64,000 nucleotides of DNA, from positions 4,242 through 68,241 of the forward strand of contig WGMW01000004.1 in assembly GCA_016124845.1 (NCBI GenBank), given 5' to 3'. The notes under the pieces are model-generated. The model saw only the letters and a list, made by a program, of their open reading frames with translations. It had not been told where the DNA came from and made no database searches. This DNA comes from Flavobacteriales bacterium (GTDB lineage: Bacteria > Bacteroidota > Bacteroidia > UBA10329). Numbering within the stretch: the stretch's first letter is position 1; each line of letters opens with the position of its first letter. A program made the position numbers and the translations under genes. This document shows positions 29,308 to 39,408 of this stretch, one piece after another.

Positions 29308-30462
29308 TCATAATTTAACCAGTTTTTCTGCCGCTTTCTCCAAGGTTTCGTCCTCTTTCGCAAAGCAGAAACGGAGAAAATGGTCGTCATTTTTCTCGTG
29401 ATAGAACACAGAAACGGGAATGGATGCCACCCCGAACTCCTTGGTCATTCGCACCGCGTATTCGGTGTCTTTTTCGTCTGATATTTTGGAATAGTCCAAC
29501 AACTGAAAGTAGGTTCCTTCACTTGGCCTGATCTTGAAACGCGAACCTGAAAGCAGCTGCACAAAACGGTCGCGTTTTTCCTGATAGAAACTACCGAGTT
29601 CCAGATAATGTTCGCGGTCGTTGAGGAACTCGGCCAGCGCGTGTTGCGCAGGCGTGTTCACCGAAAACACATTGAACTGATGCACCTTCCTGAACTCTGT
29701 CATCAGCTCCTTCGGTGCCAACACATGGCCGATCTTCCAACCCGTGTTATGATACGTTTTCCCGAAAGATGAAACGATGATGGAACGCTCCGCCAGCTTC
29801 GGATAGCGCGCCACGCTCTGATGTTCCAACCCATCGAAAATGATGTGCTCATACACCTCATCGCTCAAGATGATGATGTCGGTGTTGTCCGTAAGCTTTT
29901 GCAGCTTGAGCATGTCGGCCGCACTCATCACGCGCCCCGAAGGGTTGTGAGGCGTGTTGATGATGATCATCCGCGTACGCTGATTGATAAGGCGTTTTAC
30001 TTTTTCCCAATCGATCAGTTCGCCCGAAAGGTTCATCTGAATGTACATGGCCTTGCCGCCATGGATCTCGATGGCTGGCACATAGCAATCGTATGCTGGC
30101 TCAAAAATGATGACCTCATCGCCTTCGTTGATGAAGGCCGAGATGGCCGTGTAAATGGCCTGCGTGGCACCAGCCGTAATGTTGATCTCCGTTTCGGGAT
30201 CGTACTTGGCCGAATAGAGCTCTTCCACTTTCTCCGCCAACTTTTCGCGGAGCGAAATCACGCCCTGCATGGGCGAATACTGATTGAACCCTTTCAGCAT
30301 GTACTGATGCGTGAGCTCGACCAATCGTTTCGGGATGCTGAAATCAGGAAATCCTTGCGAGAGATTGATGGCACCTGTTTCGCGCGCCAGACCGCTCATC
30401 ACCGTAAAAATGGTAGTGCCTTGCTGCGGCAATTTCGAACGGACAACGCCAGGGAATTTCAT
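29308..30462 (-). CDS. pyridoxal phosphate-dependent aminotransferase, class I/II (MalY/YbdL/kynurenine aminotransferase-like)
   Basis: 384 aa with the INLSQGFPDF N-terminal motif and fold-type I architecture. Confidence 0.85.
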   Translation of the reverse strand: MKFPGVVRSKLPQQGTTIFTVMSGLARETGAINLSQGFPDFSIPKRLVELTHQYMLKGFNQYSPMQGVISLREKLAEKVEELYSAKYDPETEINITAGATQAIYTAISAFINEGDEVIIFEPAYDCYVPAIEIHGGKAMYIQMNLSGELIDWEKVKRLINQRTRMIIINTPHNPSGRVMSAADMLKLQKLTDNTDIIILSDEVYEHIIFDGLEHQSVARYPKLAERSIIVSSFGKTYHNTGWKIGHVLAPKELMTEFRKVHQFNVFSVNTPAQHALAEFLNDREHYLELGSFYQEKRDRFVQLLSGSRFKIRPSEGTYFQLLDYSKISDEKDTEYAVRMTKEFGVASIPVSVFYHEKNDDHFLRFCFAKEDETLEKAAEKLVKL

Positions 30463-30528
30463 AGGGGCGAAGTTAACGATGTATGATATTCACAATCGAG
30501 ATTAACTTAGAGGAACCATAATCTCGAA

Positions 30529-31547
30529 ATGAAAAAACACGGTTATATACTCCTTTTGGTTCCGCTCTACTTTGGATGCAACGAGGACAACCCGCTTCCA
30601 GATGTCATCTCTTTGGATTCCTTAAAGCAAACTGAGTTTGTGCTTACGATCGAACAACCTGTTGACCTTCAAAAAACGCAGATCTATTGTTCCACTGGGG
30701 AATATGCTTGGAACCAAGTAAAACAGATAATAAATCGACCATTGACAATACCTGAAGCTCATAGTCAGTTGATGTGGTTGAACGAGGCCACCTCTTTTGA
30801 GAATTCAATCTCAGATAATGAAATTGACGTTGCAGCCACGGTTGATGAAACCTTAATTTCTGTAACAGCGGTATTCAAGAAGTCACTACCGTTTGCCAAG
30901 AAGTTCAAGCGCAACCATTCAGAGCTTGTATTCAAAAACACGGTTGTTGAATCGTTGGGGGCTATGGTTATGATGAGGAATTAATAGATCAAGTCCAGAT
31001 TCTTTATTACCTAAATGATAATGACTTTGCGGTAAGGTTAAAGCCGAAATCTTCCGCCCATGAGATACTACTTTTTACCTCCACCGCACCTGAAGTGAAA
31101 TCAATTCGAGATTTGTATTCCTTTTATCAAGCTAAGATTTCAGATAAAGAATCCACACATAAAATGGAACCTTGGAAATTGCTTTTCCTTGAATCAGACC
31201 TGCTTAATATTCCGGTTGTCGAATTCAATTTGGATAAAAACTTCGACAACCTAATCGGAAATCGATTTAGTGCGGACACCGATACATTTCAAATTGACAA
31301 GGCGTATCAAAGAATTGGATTGCGATTGGATGAAGAAGGTGCTGAAGTTGAAAGCGTGGTTGAATATGGAGTTGCCACCGAAGAAGCTCCTGCTCAAATA
31401 GAAAAGCCAACCCCAAAGCATTTAATCTTCGACTCACCATTCTTGCTTGTTATGAAAAGGGTTGATAGCGCAAACCCTTATCTTGTAGTGTGGATTGAGA
31501 ACACTGAACTCTTAAAACCCACAGTTAATGGTGGGAAAGTTGGGTGA
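30529..31547 (+). pseudogene. serpin-like gene split into two ORFs in different frames (30529-30984 and 31095-31547); probably disrupted or highly divergent
   Basis: ORF2 ends with EEGAEVES....PFLLVMKRVDSANPYLVVWIENTELLKP, matching the serpin reactive-centre-loop hinge and C-terminal FxxxxPF...P consensus. ORF1 carries a lipoprotein-type signal peptide and an s3A-like segment (TLISVTAVFKKSLPF). A 110-bp gap and a frame change separate the two ORFs. Confidence 0.45.
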
Positions 31548-31657
31548 TTTGCATTTGAACACTGCAGGCCGATGGCGTTTCTGCTAATCCTACGTTTTTG
31601 ATCACGCGAATCGCGTAGTTAATGCTGTGGCTTATACCTTTGCACCACATTTCAACC

Positions 31658-32995
31658 ATGCGAATAATCATTGCAGGGGCAGGAGATGTGGGTTTTCACC
31701 TCGCAAAGCTGCTCACACAGGAGAATCAGGACATTGCCCTGATCGATACAGATGCCGATAAACTGAAATATGCGGCCGACCACTTGGATATTTCCACCAT
31801 CCGTGGGAACTCCATCTCTTACACCATTTTGGAGGAGGCGAACGTTTTCAAGGCCGATCTGGTGATCGCGGCCACCAACTCGGAAGAGGCCAACATCAGC
31901 ACGTGCATCATTGCCAAACATCTGGGTGCCAAACGGACCATTGCCCGCGTTCGGAACACGGAGTTTCTACTGAAAAAGGAGAAACTCGACCTGGAAGAAC
32001 TTGGCATTGACGAGATCATCAGCACCGAAACGCTGGCAGCACGCGAGATAAAACGACTGTTGAAAGAAGTAGCGTTCACCGACTCGTATGAGTTCGACCG
32101 CGGATTGCTGAACCTGGCAGGAATCTCCATTGAAGAGACCAGTCCGCTGGCTGGAAAAACGGTTTCGGAAGCCGCTTATCTGAACCCTGAAAATAATTTT
32201 TTGACCGTTGCCATTCTACGTAAGAATGAGACCATCATTCCGCGTGGCGATGTGAGTTTCCACGTGGGCGATCACGTGTATTTCATTGCGCAGCAAGATG
32301 CCATGGAGCATATTCTCTCGCTATCGGGCAAGGAGCGCAGACGCATTAAGAACGTGATGGTGATAGGTGGCAACGAGGTGGGAATGCACACGGCCAAGAA
32401 ACTCAGTCTGAAGTTCAATGTGAAGTTGATAGAAGCGGACAAGGACCGCTGTTTTGAACTGGCCGATCAGCTGCAAGGCACGCTGGTGATCAACGGAGAT
32501 GGAAGCGATGTGGAACTGCTTCAAGAGGAAGGTATCGATCAGATGGATGCGTTCATTGCCGTGACCGATAACTCTGAGACCAACATCATCTCGTGCCTCG
32601 TGGCCAAGAACCACGGTGTACGTAAGACCATTGCGCTGGTGGAGAACATGGATTACATCCACCTTTCGCAGAACATCGGTGTCGACACCATGATCAACAA
32701 AAAACTGATTGCGGCCAATTTCATTTTCCGCCACATTCGTAAGGGCGAAGTGCTTTCGCTCACCAGTCTGCATGGCGTGGATGCGGAAGTTGTGGAGTTC
32801 GAGGTCAGCGAAAAATCGCAGTTGGTTGGCAAAGTGCTCAAGGGCATCAACTTCCCAAAGTCGGCCATTGTGGGCGGTGTCATCCGCCACGGAAAAAGCT
32901 TTACTCCGAACGGAGATTTCGTCTTCGAGCCATTGGATCACGTGGTGGTGGTTTCACGCCCAACCTGCATCCACAAGGTCGAAAGCTATTTTTGA
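31658..32995 (+). CDS. trkA: Trk system potassium uptake protein TrkA
   Basis: MRIIIAGAGDVG Rossmann start (internal Met of the track ORF). Two RCK_N/RCK_C repeats. Confidence 0.9.
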   Translation: MRIIIAGAGDVGFHLAKLLTQENQDIALIDTDADKLKYAADHLDISTIRGNSISYTILEEANVFKADLVIAATNSEEANISTCIIAKHLGAKRTIARVRNTEFLLKKEKLDLEELGIDEIISTETLAAREIKRLLKEVAFTDSYEFDRGLLNLAGISIEETSPLAGKTVSEAAYLNPENNFLTVAILRKNETIIPRGDVSFHVGDHVYFIAQQDAMEHILSLSGKERRRIKNVMVIGGNEVGMHTAKKLSLKFNVKLIEADKDRCFELADQLQGTLVINGDGSDVELLQEEGIDQMDAFIAVTDNSETNIISCLVAKNHGVRKTIALVENMDYIHLSQNIGVDTMINKKLIAANFIFRHIRKGEVLSLTSLHGVDAEVVEFEVSEKSQLVGKVLKGINFPKSAIVGGVIRHGKSFTPNGDFVFEPLDHVVVVSRPTCIHKVESYF

Positions 32996-33229
32996 TCTGA
33001 TAATTCGCCTGTATTCACAAACAACATGAATAAGCCACAGATGCACAGATTTTCACAGAACAAACGCAGATGATCTGTGAAAAAATCAGTGTTCATCCGT
33101 GGCTCAAAAAATATCTATTCCACTATTTACAGTCGTAATTTTTAAAGCTGAAAATTGAAACATGAAGTATAAAATGACCATTTGGTCGGTCCGTTTTTCC
33201 TTTTTCCAGTTTCTAATTTCCTCTTTGAG

Positions 33230-34687
33230 ATGAACAACAACTACCGTGTAGTTCTTCATGTACTGGGTCTGCTGCTGGTCTTCAACGGACTGTTCATGGT
33301 CCTTTGTCTTCCTGCTTCGCTCTATTACAATGCGCACGATCTTGTTCCCATCGGTTTTTCGGCCTGCGCAACGCTTGGTACTGGACTGCTGACGTGGGCC
33401 TTGACCCGCTCTCAGGAGAAACCGAACATCCGCAAGCGCGAAGGTTTCCTTATTGTATCATTCGGTTGGTTGGTAATGTCGCTTTCGGGTACGCTTCCTT
33501 ATGTGATGAGCGGCAGCGTGCCACACTTTACCGATGCGTTCTTCGAAACCATGTCGGGTTACACCACAACGGGCGCGTCCATCATCAACGACCTTGATAT
33601 CATTCCGCGCGACATTCTGCTTTGGCGAAGCATGACGCAGTGGATCGGTGGAATGGGAATTATTGTGCTGGCCGTGGCCATTCTTCCCGTGTTGGGAATT
33701 GGTGGCATGCAGCTTTTTGTGGCCGAATCACCTGGCCTGAAGCCTGATAAATTGGCACCGAAGATCCGCGATACTGCCAAGAGACTGTGGTTGGTCTATT
33801 TGGGATTGACGGTTGCTGAATTCATTGCGCTGAAAGTTGCAGGCATGGGTTGGTTTGATTCGCTGAACCACGCACTGACAACCATGGCCACAGGTGGATT
33901 TTCGACTTACAACAGCAGTGCTGCCGAATTTTCGCCAGCCATTCAATATGTCATCATCGTATTCATGTTCTTGGCAGGAACAAGCTTTACGTTGACCTAT
34001 TTCGGAATAACAGGTCAGATAAAGAAGGTCATTGAAAATGAAGAATTCAGGTACTATGCGGGCATTACCGCTCTCGTATCGATTGCGGCTACCGTTGTGG
34101 TGGCCAACGTGATCGATGAAGGCGTTGAAAAGGCGTTCCGCGATTCGCTGTTTCAGGTCGTTTCTCTTATCACAACCACAGGTTTCGTATCGGCCGATTA
34201 CACCAGTTGGACTCCATTTCTGACCATCGTATTCTTCATGCTGCTGTTCATTGGTGGTTCGGCAGGTTCCACAGCAGGTGGTGTAAAAGTGGTGCGCCAC
34301 ATCATTCTTTTCAAGAACAGTTTCTTGGAACTGAAGCGTCAATTGCACCCTTCTGCCATCATTCCTGTGCGGTTGAACAAACGGGCGGTGGAACAGTCCA
34401 TAACCTACAACGTGGTGGCATTCATCATGATGTACATTCTCATTTTCGCCATTGGCTCCATTATCATCACAACACTTGGAGTTGACCTCGACACCGCCAT
34501 GGGAGCTGTGGCCACATCGCTCGGTAACGTGGGTCCTGGCATCGGCCATGTTGGCCCTACAGATAATTTTTCGTGGCTTTCTTCGGGTGCCAAGTGGTTA
34601 TTGTCCATTCTCATGCTCATCGGTCGTTTGGAACTGTTCACCGTACTTATTCTCTTCACTCCTTATTTTTGGAGGAAGCACGGATGA
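33230..34687 (+). CDS. trkH: Trk/Ktr potassium transporter TrkH
   Basis: Start MNNNYRVVLHV. Multi-pass membrane protein with TrkH/KtrB selectivity-filter-like repeats (TTTGAS, ATGGFS, TTTGFV, SAGSTAGG). Confidence 0.9.
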   Translation: MNNNYRVVLHVLGLLLVFNGLFMVLCLPASLYYNAHDLVPIGFSACATLGTGLLTWALTRSQEKPNIRKREGFLIVSFGWLVMSLSGTLPYVMSGSVPHFTDAFFETMSGYTTTGASIINDLDIIPRDILLWRSMTQWIGGMGIIVLAVAILPVLGIGGMQLFVAESPGLKPDKLAPKIRDTAKRLWLVYLGLTVAEFIALKVAGMGWFDSLNHALTTMATGGFSTYNSSAAEFSPAIQYVIIVFMFLAGTSFTLTYFGITGQIKKVIENEEFRYYAGITALVSIAATVVVANVIDEGVEKAFRDSLFQVVSLITTTGFVSADYTSWTPFLTIVFFMLLFIGGSAGSTAGGVKVVRHIILFKNSFLELKRQLHPSAIIPVRLNKRAVEQSITYNVVAFIMMYILIFAIGSIIITTLGVDLDTAMGAVATSLGNVGPGIGHVGPTDNFSWLSSGAKWLLSILMLIGRLELFTVLILFTPYFWRKHG

Positions 34688-35208
34688 GATTCACAACACA
34701 ACTTGCCAAAGACGACAATTCGGACCTGTACCATTGGTTCTTTTCGGTGCCGAACGAGATTGCCGTGCAGTTGATCGAAGGCAACGACCGAAGGGTTGTT
34801 ACCACGGTGAACGGAGCGGTCAAATATCATTGCGCCATTTATGGCGATGGCATGGGCGGGCATCGCATTCTGCTGAACAGCGAACGCGTGAAAAAACTCG
34901 GTCTGGTGCGTGGCGAAACGATTTCCGTTGAACTGGAAAAAGACCGTTCGGAATACGGTGTGCCGATGAGTGAGGAGCTTCGCGAAGTGCTGGATCAGAA
35001 CCCAGAAGCGGACGAGCTTTTCCACAAACTGACCAAAGGCACGCAGCGCACCTTGATCTACTGGAGCGACAATGTGAAGAGTTCGGAGATCAAGATCAGA
35101 CGCGCCATCGTCATGACCGACCATTTGGTGACGCAAAACGGCAAACCCGATTTCAAACTGCTGAACGTGGCGATCAAAGAGGCCAATCAGGCGGCCAAAC
35201 GTGGTTGA
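34684..35208 (+). CDS. YdeI/OmpD-associated family protein (DUF1905 + YdeI-like)
   Basis: ATG overlaps the trkH stop (ATGA). The ...YWSDNVKSSEIKIRRAI region is recalled as YdeI-like. Confidence 0.7.
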   Translation: MRFTTQLAKDDNSDLYHWFFSVPNEIAVQLIEGNDRRVVTTVNGAVKYHCAIYGDGMGGHRILLNSERVKKLGLVRGETISVELEKDRSEYGVPMSEELREVLDQNPEADELFHKLTKGTQRTLIYWSDNVKSSEIKIRRAIVMTDHLVTQNGKPDFKLLNVAIKEANQAAKRG

Positions 35209-35264
35209 CCGATTAATGTAGTTGTACTGATAATCAGTAACTTGGTTCATCTAATTCGATTCCC

Positions 35265-35705
35265 ATGAAACAACTCGGCTCCATTTTCATTTGCTTGTGC
35301 TTCGCACAACTTGGTTTTTCTGAACCGCAGGACACATGTAAAATGCTTTCGGAAGACCACATTAAATTGTGGTACAACAAATCGAACAATGAACTCAAGG
35401 AAAACCCACCATTTCAGATTCTGATCCGTGATACCATTGTTGTCGGCATCAGAAATTCAGACATCTCCAAACTGCGCATGTTGGAGTCTTGGGCCCGATC
35501 AGAAAAATGTGTCAGCGAGATCAGAACCGATGTAGAGATCGATAATGAAACCACCAACTACATCCATTTGGAATCGCGATTGCAGGAAGATCGGTTTGAG
35601 TTGGTCATGCTGTTCCTGAATCGCGTTCGGAAAAAATGTGAGCAGCTGGGAATTGACCCCTGTCATGCCCTCATCGGTTTTAAGACCAACCACAGAGACC
35701 TATAA
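35265..35705 (+). CDS. hypothetical small secreted Cys-containing protein (paralogue A)
   Basis: Signal peptide. Collinear similarity to the next ORF (SKLRMLESWARSEKC vs SKLEALEKWANTHKL; CEQLGIDPC vs CEEQNINLC). Confidence 0.55.
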   Translation: MKQLGSIFICLCFAQLGFSEPQDTCKMLSEDHIKLWYNKSNNELKENPPFQILIRDTIVVGIRNSDISKLRMLESWARSEKCVSEIRTDVEIDNETTNYIHLESRLQEDRFELVMLFLNRVRKKCEQLGIDPCHALIGFKTNHRDL

Positions 35706-35707
35706 AC

Positions 35708-36133
35708 ATGAAACGACTTATTTCCATCTTATTTCTGGTGTCCTTTTCATTTATCGTGAATGGACAATCGTCCAAGAGCACTTGTAGAGCAGATTGGGAA
35801 GAGCAGCTGAGAAAATCGTACGACAATGGCAGCGAAAACCCTTCTGTCCTTGAATCCCTTGAAATTGGAATCTATGGGAAGGATCTTTCCAAATTAGAAG
35901 CACTTGAAAAGTGGGCAAACACCCATAAACTTGAATCAACGCTGCTTACGAATGTTGAGCCTTGGGAGGACAATGCCAGTAATAAACTCGAAATTCAGAC
36001 ACACATCGATGAAGATTCATTCGAAAATGTCTTGGCCTTCCTCAACCCGATAGCTGATCTGTGCGAAGAACAGAACATCAATCTTTGCAAGATGGTCGTG
36101 ATAGAGATGAAATTTGATGTGGACAACGACTAA
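35708..36133 (+). CDS. hypothetical small secreted Cys-containing protein (paralogue B, tandem duplicate)
   Basis: Starts 3 nt after the paralogue A stop. Signal peptide LFLVSFSFIVNGQS. Confidence 0.55.
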   Translation: MKRLISILFLVSFSFIVNGQSSKSTCRADWEEQLRKSYDNGSENPSVLESLEIGIYGKDLSKLEALEKWANTHKLESTLLTNVEPWEDNASNKLEIQTHIDEDSFENVLAFLNPIADLCEEQNINLCKMVVIEMKFDVDND

Positions 36134-36549
36134 TTCTTCTTCAGCACCTGTTTGATGACGACTTTCCCGCCTGCGGAAAGATGAAAATAGTACCGCCCTG
36201 CGGGAAGGTCGCTGCCCAGATACTTCAGCGTATGCGGTCCTTCGGTCATGTATTCGTTGGCCACGGTCTCCACTTCCTGACCGAGAATATCGAACACTTT
36301 CAGCGAAACCTTTCCGCTCTCAGGCAAGGTGAGATTGACCGTGATCTCTCCCGCAAACGGGTTGGGTGCAAACCCCAATTCCAAACTTGGACGCGATGAT
36401 CGGTCCATAGTGGTGGAAGGTTCTCCCCACATCGATTCTTCCTCCGAAACAGCTACCATATTCGTTTGCTGCCCGAACAATTGCGACACCAAAAACGTAA
36501 GCAGCATGGACAGTTGTATACTTTTTCCCATGACATTGACTTTTCCCAT
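36130..36549 (-). CDS. small secreted protein with a T9SS C-terminal sorting domain
   Basis: Internal Met start (MGKVNVMGKSIQLSMLLTFLVSQLFGQQ signal). The C-terminal ~85 aa (ITVNLTLPESGKVSLKVFDILGQEV...GRYYFHLSAGGKVVIKQVLKKN) matches the type A CTD consensus. The track ORF extends to 36759. Confidence 0.6.
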   Translation of the reverse strand: MGKVNVMGKSIQLSMLLTFLVSQLFGQQTNMVAVSEEESMWGEPSTTMDRSSRPSLELGFAPNPFAGEITVNLTLPESGKVSLKVFDILGQEVETVANEYMTEGPHTLKYLGSDLPAGRYYFHLSAGGKVVIKQVLKKN

Positions 36550-36576
36550 CCTAAAGTTAGCATTGAAGTCAATTAA

Positions 36577-37332
36577 TTGATAGTCACTAACTTGCCTTGC
36601 TTTTCGGTTTTGTTGCGAATCCTTGTAATCATAACGTTTCTGTGCTCGTTGGCAGCAGATGTGGCCTTCGGCCAGATCGCGTGTCCTGCCATGGGATTTA
36701 CGCAGGTAAACGTGAACAAAAAGGACCGTTTGGCAGGTTTCAGTTCGGCCGTGCGCCACAACCGAAAGAAGACACGGATGGGCGATTTCTTTGTGGCCAA
36801 GAAACGTTCGGGTTCAGGGTTCTCCAACAAGGATCCTTTCAGCGTGAAGACAAGCCGCAAGAAGCTTTTCCGCGACTATGACGAGTTTGCAAGCAAAGGC
36901 CGAGGCAAAGGAAATTATTACGACAAGGATGAATTCGCTACGCGGAACAAACGAAAAGGTCGGTTCCGAAGTTTTGATGAGTTTGCCACACGTGAAAGGC
37001 GCAGCAAGCAGTTCCATGATTTTGATGAGTTCGCCTACCGCAGAAAGACCAAACGCGTGAACATCGATTCGCAGTTTGCGGTGCGTTCCACGGAGAAACG
37101 CTTCAACAGCAGCAAGAAGCAGAAAAGCGAATTCCGATCCAAGAAGAAACGCGCCAAACAGGCACGAAGCGAATACACTCCTTTTGCCAGCACGCGTTCG
37201 CCATTTGTGGGCGAAAAGCAGCACCGCGACCCACAGATCGGCCTTTGGGGCGGCTCGGTGGGCAACCGCAGCGGCAAAGACAAACGCCCGATGACCCCGC
37301 TACCCGATCCAGAGAAGAAAAAAGACGATTAA
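36577..37332 (+). CDS. hypothetical highly basic protein with repeated DEFA motifs
   Basis: 251 aa. Hydrophobic N-terminus, then a K/R-rich low-complexity region with four (D/Y)DEFA(S/T/Y)(K/R) repeats. Its 3' end overlaps the convergent rluB by 4 nt. Start codon uncertain. Confidence 0.45.
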   Translation: MIVTNLPCFSVLLRILVIITFLCSLAADVAFGQIACPAMGFTQVNVNKKDRLAGFSSAVRHNRKKTRMGDFFVAKKRSGSGFSNKDPFSVKTSRKKLFRDYDEFASKGRGKGNYYDKDEFATRNKRKGRFRSFDEFATRERRSKQFHDFDEFAYRRKTKRVNIDSQFAVRSTEKRFNSSKKQKSEFRSKKKRAKQARSEYTPFASTRSPFVGEKQHRDPQIGLWGGSVGNRSGKDKRPMTPLPDPEKKKDD

Positions 37333-38291
37333 GGTTTTGCCTTGCCCTTCTTAGCCGTTTTCCCCGCCACCTGCTTCAACATGGTCACTTCATTGTCCCG
37401 TAAGAAACGCCATTTCCCGCGCGGAATGTCCTTTTTGGTGAGGTTGGCAAAGAGTGAGCGGTCGAGCCGAATGACCTTGTAACCGAAATGCTCGAAAAGC
37501 CTTCGCACAATACGGTTTCGGCCTGAATGGAGTTGAATTCCCAGTTCGGTTCCGTTCGGTTGTTCCTGCACATAATTCACAATATCGGGCTGCATGAAGC
37601 CGTCTTCCAACTCCACGCCTTCATTCATGGCGTCCAAGTGTTCCTCGGTCATCGGTTTGTCGAGATACACGTGGTAGATCTTCTTTACGAGGCTTGAAGG
37701 ATGCGTGAGCTTTTTGGCCAGATCGCCATCGTTGGTAAAAAGCAACAATCCTGTTGTATCCTTATCCAATCTTCCAACTGGATAGATGCGCTCCGAACAG
37801 GCATTCTTCACCAGATCCATCACCGTTTTGCGGCCTTTTTCGTCAGATGTGGTGGTAATGAAATTCTTGGGTTTGTTAAGCAGCAGATAACGCAGCTCTT
37901 CGCCTCGCAGCAACTTCCCTTCGTACTTCACTTTATCATCGCGCTGCACGCGATAACCCATTTCTCGAACCACTTTCCCGTTCACCTCGATCTTCCCTGT
38001 GGCAATGAGCTCATCGGCCTCGCGTCTCGAACAAACACCCGCCTTGGCGATGTATTGATTGAGGCGCGGTAGCGGATTGGCACCTTCCACCTCTACGGGA
38101 CGTTTCTTGCCTTTTCCTCCCAAGCGCGGTTTTCCCGCTGGCTTGGAATCGGAGAAACGCTTTTTCGGTCTTTCTCCACCTTCTCCGAACTTCTTGCGGT
38201 CGCCCGATGCGAATGGTTTTCTGTCGCGGCCTTCTTCGTTGGGCCGACCCTGACCGCGTTTGCCGAACGGCTTTTTTCCTTGTTCTCTCAT
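37329..38291 (-). CDS. rluB: rRNA pseudouridine synthase (RluB/RsuA family) with a basic N-terminal extension
   Basis: S4 domain (LNQYIAKAGVCSRREADELI), catalytic GRLD motif (YPVGRLDKDTTGLLLFTNDG), and an RG/K-rich N-terminal tail. Confidence 0.85.
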   Translation of the reverse strand: MREQGKKPFGKRGQGRPNEEGRDRKPFASGDRKKFGEGGERPKKRFSDSKPAGKPRLGGKGKKRPVEVEGANPLPRLNQYIAKAGVCSRREADELIATGKIEVNGKVVREMGYRVQRDDKVKYEGKLLRGEELRYLLLNKPKNFITTTSDEKGRKTVMDLVKNACSERIYPVGRLDKDTTGLLLFTNDGDLAKKLTHPSSLVKKIYHVYLDKPMTEEHLDAMNEGVELEDGFMQPDIVNYVQEQPNGTELGIQLHSGRNRIVRRLFEHFGYKVIRLDRSLFANLTKKDIPRGKWRFLRDNEVTMLKQVAGKTAKKGKAKP

Positions 38292-38309
38292 TGCGTGCGC
38301 AAAGATAGT

Positions 38310-38672
38310 TTAGGCCAGAGGATAGAATGCGTCTTCCATGTGGTCGATGCTGGTTTCTTTGGCGGTGGCCACAATGGAAATGACATCGAATCGGGCTTCC
38401 AGTTCCAGTTCGTGTTGCTGCAAATAATCGTTTGCCGCCTGAATGATGCGTTTCTGCTTAGCCATCGAAACGGCCTCGCTCGGATCACCGAAAAAGTCTG
38501 TGGAGCGCGTTTTCACTTCCACAAAAACAATGGTGTTGCCAATTCGAGCCACAATATCGAGTTCGTTTCGGCCGCTGCGCCAGTTCTCATCCAGAATGGA
38601 ATAGCCTTTTTTCAGAAGTTCCTTCACCGCAAGGTTCTCCCCTTTCTCTCCAAGTTTGTTGTGGTCGGCCAT
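38310..38672 (-). CDS. yraN: YraN family protein (UPF0102 putative endonuclease)
   Basis: 120 aa with GE.LA...L...GY.IL..N.R....ELDIVA...T.VFVEVK.R matching the YraN consensus. Confidence 0.85.
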   Translation of the reverse strand: MADHNKLGEKGENLAVKELLKKGYSILDENWRSGRNELDIVARIGNTIVFVEVKTRSTDFFGDPSEAVSMAKQKRIIQAANDYLQQHELELEARFDVISIVATAKETSIDHMEDAFYPLA

Positions 38673-38769
38673 TTGATTTCAATGAATCTTGAAGGTAAAG
38701 GAAACCTTTGAGACATCAATCACGTAAAGCCGCCCGACCATAAACTGAAAACGCACAAAAACTCTGCTC

Positions 38770-39408
38770 ATGCGAATCGGGAATCTGCTGGCCGCAGGCC
38801 TTCTAACAATCGTCTCACTTGGCGCGTTTGCCCAAGGATTTGAGGGATCGATATACTTCACAAAGTCAAACATGATGGATGTGACGCAGTATGCGTACCA
38901 CGTGAAGGGAAACATGGTTCGGATAGATGAGATCGTAGAGGGAAGCGATAAGTTGGTGGCCACGTTATTGGTAAACTTGGAAACGGGCGATATGACCGCT
39001 TTGAGCCACGAGCGTAATCTGTATATGAACCGCCCAGGCAGCTTAGACAAAGCAAGTGCTTCGGGCTCTGAAGTGATCGAAGGACAACTGAAGCGTTCCA
39101 TACATGGCATGAACTGTTCGCAGTACCGTGTAAAGAACAAGGATGCGGATCGCGAGATCATGTATTGGGTAACGGAAGGCGATTATGCATTCTTCCCAAA
39201 GCTGTTGAAGATCCTGAACCGAAAAGACAATTTCTCCACCTACTACATGGAGATTCCGAACTTGGACAATAAGCTACCGCTGTTGGCTCAAGAAAACACG
39301 CTTTTGCGCGATAAGAAAGGTTTCCTTCAGGTAGATAAGATCGAGAACAAGAAGTTGGACGATGCGCTTTTCAAAATTCCAGAAGGGTTTGAGAAGGTAG
39401 AGCGCTAA
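38770..39408 (+). CDS. hypothetical secreted protein (DUF4412-like)
   Basis: Signal peptide, beta-rich. Family recalled only weakly. Confidence 0.55.
   Translation: MRIGNLLAAGLLTIVSLGAFAQGFEGSIYFTKSNMMDVTQYAYHVKGNMVRIDEIVEGSDKLVATLLVNLETGDMTALSHERNLYMNRPGSLDKASASGSEVIEGQLKRSIHGMNCSQYRVKNKDADREIMYWVTEGDYAFFPKLLKILNRKDNFSTYYMEIPNLDNKLPLLAQENTLLRDKKGFLQVDKIENKKLDDALFKIPEGFEKVER

Noticed and set aside
36597-36881. Alternative-frame ORFs overlapping the DEFA-repeat gene (36597-36881 plus; 36814-37224 minus)
   Set aside because: They overlap the longer ORF, which has an internally consistent repeat structure. They are probably frame artefacts, though the whole locus is low-complexity and all its calls are uncertain.
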